Source of the DNA: Leucoraja ocellata
Taxonomy: Eukaryota
Direction: 5' to 3'
Assembly (NCBI GenBank): GCA_036785375.1
Contig: JAWMAR010000508.1
Span: 1,240,001 to 1,282,661, forward strand
Length of the DNA stretch: 42,661 bases
Below, one piece after another: positions 1-10,554 of the stretch (position 1 is its first letter; the number at the start of each line of letters is the position of its first letter). Both the position numbers and the translations under genes were made by a program. The notes beneath the pieces were generated by a model, which did no database searches, had not been told where the DNA came from, and was given only the letters and a program-made list of their open reading frames with translations.

Positions 1-359
1 ACAGGCTAGATGCAGGAAGATTGTTCCCGATGTTGGGGAAGTCCAGGACAAGGGGTCACAGCTTAAGGATAAGGGGGAAATCCTTTAAAACCGAGATGAG
101 GAGAACTTTTTTCACACAGAGAGTGGTGAATCTCTGGAACTCTCTGCCACAGAGGGTAGTCGAGGCCACAGTTCATTGGCTATATTTAAGAGGGAGTTAG
201 ATGTGGCCCTTGTGGCTAAGGGGATCAGAGGGTATGGAGAGAAGGCAGGTACGGGATACTGAGTTGGATGATCAGCCATGATCATATTGAATGGCGGTGC
301 AGCTCGAAGGGCCGAATGGCCTACTCCTGCACCTAATTCTATGTTTCTATGTTTCTATG
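1..359 (+). mobile_element. CR1/HER1-type LINE family A, 3' end
   Basis: ORF2 C-terminus (FFTQRVVNLWNSLP) and (TTTCTATG)n tail. Confidence 0.9.
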
Positions 360-383
360 ACATGACAGTGTGTGTCTACTCAC

Positions 384-664
384 ATTCTACAGTGAGGGTC
401 ACATTCCTCTCTGCTGTCCCGTGTTGATTCTCTGCCACACACTGATAGACCCCAGTGTCCTGCCATGTCAGCTGAGGGAACTCCATCCACAGCTCGTTGT
501 TGGAACGTGTTGTGTTCAGCGTGTCACCGAGATGTCTCCACGTCAGGTTAGATGCTGGGAAACTCTGGACGGAGCAGAGAATCGTTGCAGAGTTTCCTTC
601 CTTTACACTGACCCAGGAACTGTTCACGTCATCGGGGAAGTGATTGAGAGATTCTGGGGGGCGT
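384..664 (-). pseudogene. Siglec-like gene A, Ig C2/I-set exon (domain 3) with 1-bp frameshift
   Basis: Acceptor tttgtAG at 665-666 and donor GTGAGT at 382-383. Encodes (Y)APQNLSITS/..VNSSWVSVKEGNSATILCSVQSFPASNLTW...DTGVYQCVAENQHGTAERNVTLTVE. Length is 281 nt versus 282 nt for the paralogous exon at 39940-40221; a G run at ~634-637 has 4 G versus 5 in the paralog. Confidence 0.85.
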
Positions 665-706
665 CTACAAACAGATAAAATTCAGCAATCAGTTTTGTGG
701 CACTTA

Positions 707-2545
707 CATAGAAACATAGAAATTAGGTGCAGGAGTAGGCCATTCGGCCCTTCGAGGCTGCACCATTCGCCATTCAATATGATCATGGCTGATCATCCAA
801 CTCAGTATCCCGTACCTGCCTTCTCTCCATACCCCCTGATCCCCTTAGCCACAAGGGCCACATCTAACTCCCTCTTAAATATAGCCAATGAACTGTGGCC
901 TCGACTACCCTCTGCGGCAGAGAGTTCCAGAGATTCACCACTCTCTGTGCGAAAAAAGTTCTTCTCATCTCGGTTTTAAAGGATTTCCCCCTTATTCTTA
1001 AGCTGTGACCCCTTGTCCTGGACTTCCCCAACATCGGGAGCAATCTTCCTGCATCTAGCCTGTCCAACCCCTTAAGAATTTTGTAAGTTTCTATAAGATC
1101 CCCTCTCAGTCTCCTAAATTCTAGAGAGTATAAACCAAGCCTATCCAGTCTTTCTTCATAAGACAGTCCTGACATCCCAGGAATCAGTCTGGTGAACCTT
1201 CTCTGCACTCCCTCTACGGCAATAATGTCCTTCCTCAGATTTGGAGACCAAAACTGTACGCAATACTCCAGGTGTGGTCTCACCAAGACCCTGTACAACT
1301 GCAGTAGAACCTCCCTGCTCCTATACTCCTATGGGAGAAGCCAGAGGGTAATGGTGGATGGCTGTTTATCGGGTTGGAGGCAGGTGACTAGTGGGGTGCC
1401 TCAGGGATCTGTGTTGGGTCCTTTGTTGTTTGTCATGTACATCAATGATCTGGATGAAGGTGTGGTAAATTGGATTAGTAAGTATGCAGATGACACCAAG
1501 ATAGGGGGTGTTGTGGATAATGAAGAGGATTTCCAAAGTCTACAGAGTGATTTAGGCCATTTGGAAAAATGGGCTGAAAAATGGCAGATGGAGTTTAATG
1601 CTGATAAATGTGAGGTGCTACACCTTGGCAGGACAAATCAAAATAGGACGTACATGGTAAATGGTAGGGAATTGAAGAATACAGTTGAACAGATGGATCT
1701 GGGTATAACCGTGCATAGTTCCTTGAAGGTGGAATCTCATATAGATAGGGTGGTAAAGAAAGCTTTTGGTATGCTAGCCTTTATAAATCAGAGCATTGAG
1801 TATAGAAGCTGGATGTAATGTAAAATTGTACAAGGCATTGGTGAGACCAAATCTGGAGTATGGTGTACAATTTTGGTCGCCCAATTATAGGAAGGATGTC
1901 AACAAAATAGAGAGAGTACAGAGGAGATTTACTAGAATGTTGCCTGGGTTTCAACAACTAAGTTACAGAGATAGGTTGAATAAGTTAGGTCTTTATTCTC
2001 TGGAGCGCAGAAGGTTAAGGGGGGACCTGATAGAGGTCTTTAAAATTATGAGAGGGATAGACAGAGTTGATGTGGACAAGCTTTTCCCTTTGAGAATAGG
2101 GAAGATTCAAACAAGAGGACATGACTTCAGAATTAAGGGACAGAAGTTTAGGGGTAATATGAGGGGGAACTTCTTTACGCAGAGAGTGGTGGCGGTGTGG
2201 AATGAGCTCCCAGTGGAAGTGGTGGAGGCAGGTTCATTGGTATCATTTAAAAATAAATTGGATAGGCATATGGATGAGAAGGGAATGGAGTGTTATGGTA
2301 TGAGTGCAGGCAGGTGGGACTAATGGGGAAAAAAAATTTGTTCGGCATGGACTTGTAGGGCCGAGATGGCCTGTTTCCATGCTGTAATTGTTATATGGTT
2401 ATATGGTTATACTCAAATCCTTTTGCTATGAAAGCTAACATACCATTCGCTTTCTTCACTGCCTGCTGCACCTGCATGCCTACCTTCAATGACTGGTGTA
2501 CCATGACACCCAGGTCTCGCTGCATCACCCCTTTTCCTAGTCGGC
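707..2545 (-). mobile_element. CR1 family A copy, interrupted by a CR1 family B insertion
   Basis: RT C-terminal motifs [15 protein letters not shown]. The sequence resumes at 2408 after the insert. Confidence 0.9.
1329..2407 (+). mobile_element. CR1 family B LINE, 5'-truncated, with TSD TATACTC
   Basis: SGVPQGSVLGPLLF and YADDTK RT motifs, (GTTATATG)n tail, TATACTC at 1322-1328 and 2408-2414. Confidence 0.92.
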
Positions 2546-2724
2546 CATCAGGTTATGGGGAGAAGGCAGGAGAAAGGGGTTAGGAGGGAGAAATAGATCA
2601 GCCGTGATTGACTGGCGGAGTGGACTTGATGGCCTAGTCCTGCTCATATCGCCTATGACCTTCTATACCAGCACTGCTAATGGATTATTGCTGTTCCTCC
2701 ACAATAAACAATCTCCGTACTTAC

Positions 2725-3018
2725 ATTGAACAGCCATTGTGAGGATCTGCTCGGATGAGACTGTTGGGTATGTGACTCTGCAGGTGAGGTTTTGCCCGTG
2801 ATGTTTGCGTGCTGGGGTCAGGTACAGAACAGAAGTATATGTCAGAGTGTCTCCCTGCTGAGTTACGCTGTGTGAGGCTGATGGTGGATCATCAGCGGGG
2901 GTGACCCAGGTTAAGGTGGGTTTTGTTCCATCACACGTGGTGTTGAAGATGCAGGTCACGTTCACAGGCTGACCTGCCACCATTTCTGCAGGGAATATCG
3001 TGGGTTTATCTGTGAAAT
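2725..3018 (-). CDS. Siglec-like gene A, C2-set exon (domain 2)
   Basis: AG at 3019-3020, GTAAGT donor at 2723-2724, 294 nt, phase 1-1. Encodes DFTDKPTIFPAEMVAGQPVNVTCIFNTTCDGTKPTLTW...HHGQNLTCRVTY, including the extra Cys typical of Siglec domain 2. Confidence 0.92.
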
Positions 3019-3144
3019 CTAACACACACAGAAACAGATACTGTTAGTTAAATATAACAGGATACATCAGTTCACATGGTAATCCCAGTCCCACACGAGG
3101 AAAATTGTTTTTACAAGGTTCAGAAGTGTGAAAACACACACATA

Positions 3145-3978
3145 ACCTGATCCTCAACACCCTAAAGACAAAGGAATTAATAATAGATTTTAGGAAGAAT
3201 AAAACGGACATGGTACCATTGACTATCAGAGGGGACTGTGTGGAGAGGGTGGCGGATTTCCGCTTCCTGGGAATTCATATTGAGGAGGACCTGACGTGGA
3301 GCGTGAACACCTCTGTGCTGCTGAAAAAGGTCCAGCAGAGACTGCACTTCCTGAGGGTGCTCAGGAAGAATAACATCACTCAGAGACTGCTGCTGTCCTT
3401 TTATCGGTGCTCCATTGAGAGCATACTAACATACTGTGTATGCGTGTGGTACACCAGCTGCACAGCGGCTCAGAGGAAAGCGCTCCAGAGGGCCATTGAC
3501 AACGCCCAGAGGATTGTCGGCTGCCCTCTCCTTACCTTGGAGGACTTACACAGTTCCCGCTGCACCAAAAAATCCCAGAATATCATAAAGGACATTTCCC
3601 ACCCCGGACACTCCCTGTTTGAACTGTTGCCGTCAGGCAGACGGTACAGATCTACAAGGACAAGGACGAACAGACTTAAAAACAGTTTTTACCCCACTGC
3701 TATAAAAGCACTAAATGTAGTCGCCAAGGAACGCAGGGGCGATACATACTAAGGGACTGTGGTAACTGTGAAATCGACAGAAGGATGGAGGGTTGGGTCT
3801 TTATGCGTGGAGCTATTTTCGTGATATTTATTTTAGTTGTTTATCTTTTAATATTTTACCTTGTATGTATCGTTAGCTTTTAGAAATGTTTGAATGGTGC
3901 ACTGACTGGCTGACATTTTTAATTTTCGTTGTACATGGTTCATGTTACAATGACAATAAAGAAACTACTCTATTCTAT
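3145..3978 (+). mobile_element. Rex1/Babar-type LINE 3' fragment
   Basis: FRFLGIHI..DLTWS..QQRLHFLR..FYRCSIESIL..LPSGRRYR..SFYP motifs and (CTATT)n tail. Confidence 0.88.
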
Positions 3979-4344
3979 TCTCCAGATTATCAAGGACCAG
4001 TCTCACTCCCTCTTCCCCCCTCTCCCACCGGCCAAAAGGTACTAGAATGTTGCCTGGGTTTCAACAACTAAGTTACAGAGATAAGTTGAACACAATACAA
4101 TACAATACAATACAATTTATTTGTCACTTGAACCTCATAGAGGCTCAAGTGAAATGTTGTTTCTGCAGTCATACATATAAGAAAAAAAAGACCCAAGACA
4201 CAACACAATTTACACAGACATCCATCACAGCGCATCTCCACCTCGCTATGATGGAAGGCAAAAAAAAACGTATCTCTCCCCTGCACTTCCCTCTCCCCCC
4301 GATGTCAGAGTCAAAGTCAGAGCCCCCGGCGGGCGATAACAATT

Positions 4345-5430
4345 AGAAACATAGAAACATAGAAATTAGGTGCAGGAGTAGGCCATTCGGCCCTTCGAGC
4401 CTGCACCGCCATTCACTATGATCATGGCTGATCATCCAACTCAGTATCCCGTACCTGCCTTCTCTCCATACCCCCTGATCCTCTTAGCCACAAGGGCCAC
4501 ATCTAACTCCCTCTTAAATATAGCCAATGAACTGGCCTCGACTACCCTCTGTGGCAGAGAGTTCCAGAGATTCACCACTCTCTGTGTGAAAAAAGTTCTT
4601 CTCATCTCGGTTTTAAAGGATTTCCCCCTTATCCTTAAGCTGTGACCCCTTGTCCTGGACTTCCCTAACATCGGGAACAATCTTCCTGCATCTAGCCTGT
4701 CCAACCCCTTAAGAATTTTGTAAGTTTCTATAAGATCCCCTCTCAATCTTCTAAATTCTAGAGAGTATAAACTAAGTCTATCCAGTCTTTCTTCATAAGA
4801 CAGTCCTGACATCCCAGGAATCAGTCTGGTGAACCGTCTCTGCACTCCCTCTATGGCAATAATGTCCTTCCTCAGATTTGGAGACCAAAACTGTACGCAA
4901 TACTCCAGGTGTGGTCTCACCAAGACCCTGTACAACTACAGTAGAACCTCCCTGCTCCTATACTCAAATCCTTTTGCAATGAAAGCTAACATACCATTCG
5001 CTTTCTTTACTGCCTGCTGCACCTGCATGCCTACCTTCAATGACTGGTGTACCATGACACCCAGGTCTCGCTGCATCTCCCCCTTTCCCAATCGGCCACC
5101 ATTTAGATAATAGTCTGCTTTCCCGTTTTTGCCACCAAAATGGATAACCTCACATTTATCCACAGAAGTTCCCCCTCATGTTACCCCTAAACTTCAGTCC
5201 CTTAATTCTCAAATCATGTCCCCTTGTTTGAATCTTCCCTTCTCTCAGTGGGAAAAGCTTTTCCACGTCAACTCTGTCTATCCCTCTCATCATTTTAAAA
5301 ACCTCTATCAAGTCCCCCCTTAACCTTCTGCGCTCCAAAGAATAAAGCCCTAACTTGTTCAAACTTTCTCTGTAACTTAGTTGCTGAAACCCAGGCAACA
5401 TTCTAGTAAATCTCCTCTGTACTCTCTCTA
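4345..5430 (-). mobile_element. CR1 family A (4345-5163) abutting a CR1 family B fragment (5164-5430)
   Basis: RT C-terminal ORFs from both families. Confidence 0.88.
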
Positions 5431-5482
5431 ACAGCTGGGAAGAAACTGTTGAGTGAATGAGTGAATTATACAGGACACTTAC

Positions 5483-5848
5483 CAATAACACGGAGCTGTG
5501 TTGGAGGGTGGTAGTTGAAACGATTTGCATATCCAAAATCAACTCTGAAAAAATAAGGACCTGTATCTTGCTGCGTGACGTTGTCTATAACCAGGGAACA
5601 GTCCTTGTCTCTCAGGACTCCTGACAGCCGGGTCCGATGCTGAAACTGTGTTGATATTACACTGGGATACCTGGAGTTGAAGGCTACAGACCGATAGTTC
5701 TGTGTCTCACTGTTATACCAGATTCCAGTCCATGGTTCGTTATTAATATACGACGGGTACCAGTAGTGACACGGAATCCGTGCACACAAACCATTCTGCG
5801 CTGTCACATGTGGTGGATTGTCCGCTCCCCACTCTCCCGACACCACGG
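5483..5848 (-). CDS. Siglec-like gene A, V-set sialic-acid-binding domain exon
   Basis: Polypyrimidine tract plus AG at 5849-5850, GTAAGT donor at 5481-5482, 366 nt, phase 1-1. Siglec V hallmarks: W near the N-terminus, GLC..IPC, KDCSL, YFFR (essential Arg), FNY. Confidence 0.93.
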
Positions 5849-5984
5849 CTGAGGAGAGAAGGAACAATATTTAGCAGTGAACACCTTGTCAGTTCACTGG
5901 ACTCACTCTCCACACATTATATCCTGCGCTGTGGGCCTGGTGTGTACGGAGTGGGGAAGAGCGGCGTGGTGGTGTAGTGGTAGA

Positions 5985-6950
5985 GCCTCACTCCTCACCC
6001 CCCCCCCACAGTGTGTCACTCCCACCTCACCCCCCCCCACAGTGTGTCACTCCCTACCACAGTGCGCCACTCCCTCCTCACCCACCCCCCCACAGTGTGT
6101 GTCATTCCCTCCTCATCCCCCCCCCACAGTGTGTCACTCCCACCTCACCCCCCCCCACAGTGTGTCACTCCCTACCACAGTGCGCCACTCCCTCCTCACC
6201 CACCCCCCCCACAGTGTGTGTCATTCCCTTCTCACCCACCCCCCCCCCCACAGTGTGCGTCACTCCCACCTCACCCCCCCATACAGTGCATCACTCCCTC
6301 CTCACTGCCCCTCCCACAGTGTGTCACTCCCTACCACAGTGCGTCACTCCCACCTCACCCCCCCTCCCACAGTGCTTCATTCTGCCCTCATCCCCCTCCA
6401 ACAGTGTGTGTCACTCCCTACCACAGTGCGCCACTCCCTCCTCACCCCCCCACAGTGTGTGTCATTCCCTCCTCATCTCCCCCCCACACAGTGCATCACT
6501 CCCTCCTCACTGCCCCTCCCACAGTGTGTGTCACTCCCTACAACAGTGCATCACTCCCTCCCACAGTATGTCACTCCCTCCCACAGTGCGTTACTCCCTC
6601 CCACAGTGTCTCACTCCCTCCTCACCCCCCCCCACAGTGTGTGTCACTCCCTCCTCACCCCCCCCCACAGTGTGTGTCACTCCCTCCTCACCCCCCCCTT
6701 CCACAGTGCGTCACTCTCTCCTCACCACCCCCCCCACAGTGTGTGTCACTCCCTCCTCACCCCCCCTTCCACAGTGCGTCACTCCCACCTCACCACCCCT
6801 CCCACAGTGCGTCACTCCCTCCCACAGTGCATTACTCCTCCCACAGTGCATCACTCCCACCTCACCACCCCTCCCACAGTGCGTCACCCCCCCCCCCCCA
6901 CAGTGTGTGTCACTCCCTCCTCACCCCCCCTTCCACAGTGCGTCACTCCC
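5985..6950. repeat. C-rich minisatellite, ~20-35 bp units (CACTCCCTCCTCACCCCCCCCACAGTGTGTGT)
   Basis: Direct tandem repeats with roughly 30 copies of CACAGTG. Confidence 0.95.
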
Positions 6951-7199
6951 AGGGACCAGTAGAGTGTCCCTTGTGGCCAGGGTCCGGAGGGCAAGGAGCA
7001 CCGCCACTCCACCTCGGGCCCATAGGGGGAGGAGTGACTCTGCTGTCAGCGACCGAAGGACTGGTGATGGGATCTAGGGAGTTGGCAGGGCCGAAGATGG
7101 CCTGGCTGGGTTGCTCCTGGGCCTGGCCAAGCTGGCCATCCGCGAGCCACGGTGCCAGGCGGAAGAGGGCTTTGCCTGAACAGTTGCTTGCATCTTTGC

Positions 7200-7950
7200 G
7201 GTGACCGATTGGGAAAAGGGGAGATGCAGCGAGACCTGGGTGTCATGGTACACCAGTCATTGAAAGTAGGCATGCAGGTGCAGCAGGCAGTGAAGAAAGC
7301 GAATGGTATATTAGCTTTCATAGCAAAAGGATTTGAGTCTAGGAGCAGGGAGGTTCTACTGCAGTTGTACAGGGTCTTGGTGAGACCACACCTGGAGTAT
7401 TGCGTACAGTTTTGGCCTCCTAATCTGAGGAAAGACATTCTTGCCATAGAGGGAGTGCAGAGACGGTTCACCAGACTGATTCCTGGGATGTCAGGACTTT
7501 CATATGAAGAAAGACTGGATAGACTCGGCTTATACTCGCTAGAATTTAGAAGATTGAGGGGGGATCTTATAGGAACTTACAAAATTCTTATGGGGTTGGA
7601 CAGGCTAGATGCAGGAAGATTGTTCCCGATGTTGGGGAAGTCCAGAACAAGAGGGTCACAGTTTAAGGATAAAGGGGAAATCTTTAAGGACTGAGATGAG
7701 AAAAACATTTTTTACACAGAGAGTGTTGAATCTCTGGAACTCTCTGCCACAGAAGGTAGTAGAGGTCAGTTCATTGGCTATATTTAAGAGGGAGTTAGAT
7801 GTGGCCCTTGTGGCTAAAGGGATCAGAGGGTATGGAGAGAAGGCAGGTACGGGATACTGTGTTGGATGATCAGCCATGATCATATTGAATGGCGGTGCAG
7901 ACTCGAAGGGCCAAATGGCCTACTCCTGCACCTATTTTCTATGTTTCTAT
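7200..7950 (+). mobile_element. CR1 family A copy
   Basis: ORF 7152-7694 RT C-terminus and TTTCTATG tail. Confidence 0.9.
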
Positions 7951-7954
7951 GTGT

Positions 7955-8280
7955 GATCTGTAGTCCCATATGAAGTTTGTAATAATGCAGTCTAATTTTT
8001 TTAAGACATTTTTTGTTAAGTATGTTGGTATTGATTGAAATAGGCATTTATTATGCCTATTAAGGACATCGGCAGTGTTTTCCAGAATTTAAACAACGCG
8101 TTCAATTTAGTTAATAAAGGCATGAAGTTTGCATTAAATAGTGATTTATATTTTCTAGTCATTTGGATACCCAAATACTTGAATTTTTCTGTTGCAATTT
8201 TAAAGGGGAAATTTTAACAGGTGTGTCGACTCTTGCGGTTTTAGCATCATAATTTCACTTTTGTTCCAATTTATTCTACG
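7955..8280 (-). mobile_element. Degenerate L1/Tx1-like ORF2 fragment
   Basis: Minus strand reads ..FKYLGIQM.. and ..WKTLPMSLIG.., typical of L1-clade RT. Confidence 0.6.
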
Positions 8281-8392
8281 TGAAGCCATGATCATATTGA
8301 ATGGCGGTGCAGGCTCGAAGGGCCGAATGGCCTACTCCTGCACCTAATTTCTATGTTTCTATGTTTCTATTCCAGCAGTGTGATCGTAATTA

Positions 8393-9192
8393 ACCATATA
8401 ACCATATAACCATATAACAATTACAGCACGGAAACAGGCCATCTCGGCCCTACAAGTCCATGCCGAACAAATTTTTTTCCCCTTAGTCCCACCTGCCTGC
8501 ACTCGTACCATAACCCTCCATTCCCTTCTCATCCATATGCCTATCCAATTTATTTTTAAATGATACCAATGAACCTGCCTCCACCACTTCCACTGGGAGC
8601 TCATTCCACACCGCCACCACTCTCTGCGTAAAGAAGTTCCCCCTCATATTACCCCTAAACTTCTGTCCCTTAATTCTGAAGTCATGTCCCCTTGTTTGAA
8701 TCTTCCCTATTCTCAAAGGGAAAAGCTTGTCCACATCAACTCTGTCTATCCCTCTCATCATTTTAAAGACCTCTATCAGGTCCCCCCTTAACCTTCTGCG
8801 CTCCAGAGAATAAAGACCTAACTTATTCAACCTATCTCTGTAACTTAGTTGTTGAAACCCAGGCAACATTCTAGTAAATCTCCTCTGTACTCTCTCTATT
8901 TTGTGGACATCCTTCCTATAATTGGGCGACCAAAATTGTACCCAATACTCCAGATTTGGTCTCTCCAATGCCTTGTACAATTTTAACATTACATCCCAGC
9001 TTCTATACTCAATGCTCTGATTTATAAAGGCTAGCATACCAAAAGCTTTCTTTACCACCCTATCTATATGAGATTCCACCTTCAAGGAACTATGCACGGT
9101 TATACCCAGATCCCTCTGTTCAACTGTATTCTTCAATTCCCTACCATTTACCATGTACGTCCTATTTTGATTTGTCCTGCCAAGGTGTAGCA
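8393..9192 (-). mobile_element. CR1 family B copy
   Basis: ORF 8483-9193 and (CATATAAC)n tail on the plus strand. Confidence 0.92.
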
Positions 9193-9409
9193 TTAAAAAA
9201 AACAGTCCGTCGCTCCGTCATTTGCTGCACTATATTCCATCTGCCACTTCTCTTCCCACTCTCCCAACCTGCTCAAGTCCTTCTGCAGAGTCCCTGCTTT
9301 CTCTACACAACCTGCCCCTCCACCTGTTTCCGTATCATCCACAAACCTGACCACAAAGCCTTCAATCCCCTCGTCCCAATCATTAATATATAACGTGAAG
9401 AGTAGTGGT

Positions 9410-9935
9410 GTGCAGGAGGGAACTGCCGGTGCTGGTTTGAACTGAAGATTGATACAAAAATAGGGAGAAACTCAGCAGGACAGGCAGCATCTCTGGAGAG
9501 AAGGAATGGGTGATGTTTCGAGTCAAGACCCTTCTTCAGACTGAAAGTCACGGGAGAGGGAAACGAGAGATATAGACAATGATGTGGAGAGACACAGAAC
9601 AATGAATGAAAGGTATGCAAAAAAGTAATGATGACAAAAAAACAGGCCATTGTTAGCTGTTTGTTGGGTGAGAACGAGAAGCTGGTGCGACTTGTGTGGG
9701 TGAGGGATGGAGAGAGAGGGAATGCAGGATTTACTTGAAGTGGGAGAAATCAATATTGCCCAAGCAAAATATGGGATGATGTTCCTCCAATTTGCATTTA
9801 GCCCCACTCTGACAGTAGAGGAGACCTAGGACAGAAAGGTCAGTGTGAGAATGGGAAGGGTGATTAAAATGTTTGGCAACCGGGAGATCAGGTAGGTCCA
9901 GGCGGACTGAGCGAAGGTGTTCAGTGAAACGATCG
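9410..9935 (-). mobile_element. Penelope-like element fragment (GIY-YIG end plus hammerhead-like motif)
   Basis: DRFTEHLRSVR..PVAKHFN..SH motif and CTGAAGAAGGG..CGAAACATC at ~9511-9543. Confidence 0.8.
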
Positions 9936-10039
9936 TAGCAGCCACAGCACCGACCCCTGCGGAACTCCGCTAGTCCCTGGCAGCCAACCACTAAAAGCCT
10001 CCTTGCCCGTAAACACTTCCGAGTTGCTGCTGGTGGTAC

Positions 10040-10079
10040 CTTGGAGAAGGGAGAGGAGGAAGAACAATCGCCCGATCAT
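10040..10079 (-). CDS. Siglec-like gene A, signal-peptide exon (exon 10040-10113, ATG at 10079)
   Basis: Acceptor tttctcttccAG at 10114-10115. ACAATG start, encodes MIGRLFFLLSLLQ, then CAAG|GTACCA phase-1 donor. Joins the V exon in frame to give MIGRLFFLLSLLQAVVSG-EW. Confidence 0.88.
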
Positions 10080-10554
10080 TGTCCGATCCCAGATATCCCG
10101 TCAGTTACCCGATCTGGAAGAGAAAGTAATTGCAGTCAAACTCCAGCGACCAATATACATAAAACGAAACCGATGTAATGCTGAGGTTCTACAAGGCAGT
10201 GGTCAGGCCACATTTGGAATATTGTGAGCAATTTTGAGCCCCATATCAGATGAAGCATGTGCAGGCTCTGGATGGGATCAGTGGAGGTTTACAGCAATGA
10301 GTGGGTTTACATACGATGAGCGTTTGACGGCACTGGGCCTTTACTCGCTGGAGTTTAGAAGAATGAGGGGGGGGGACCTCAATGAAACTTACCGAACAGT
10401 GAAAGGCTTGGAGAGTGTGGATGTGGAGAGGATATTTCCACTAGTGGGAGAGGTCATAGTCTCAGAATTAAAGGATGTTCTTTTAGGAAGGAATTTCTTT
10501 AGTCAGAGGGTGGTGAATCTGTGGAATTCTTTGCCGCAGACGGCAGTGGAGGCC

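Noticed and set aside
3210-3752. ORF that could be mistaken for a host gene
   Set aside because: It matches the Rex1/Babar RT C-terminal region seen in several other copies in the window.
5985-6950. Functional V(D)J recombination signals or an antigen-receptor locus
   Set aside because: Only heptamers are present, with no nonamer at 12/23 spacing. The V exon is a complete Siglec-type domain with its own splice donor.
5877-7204. 361-397 aa Pro/His/Cys-rich ORFs in three frames
   Set aside because: Translation of a C-rich minisatellite antisense to an intron; no coding signal.
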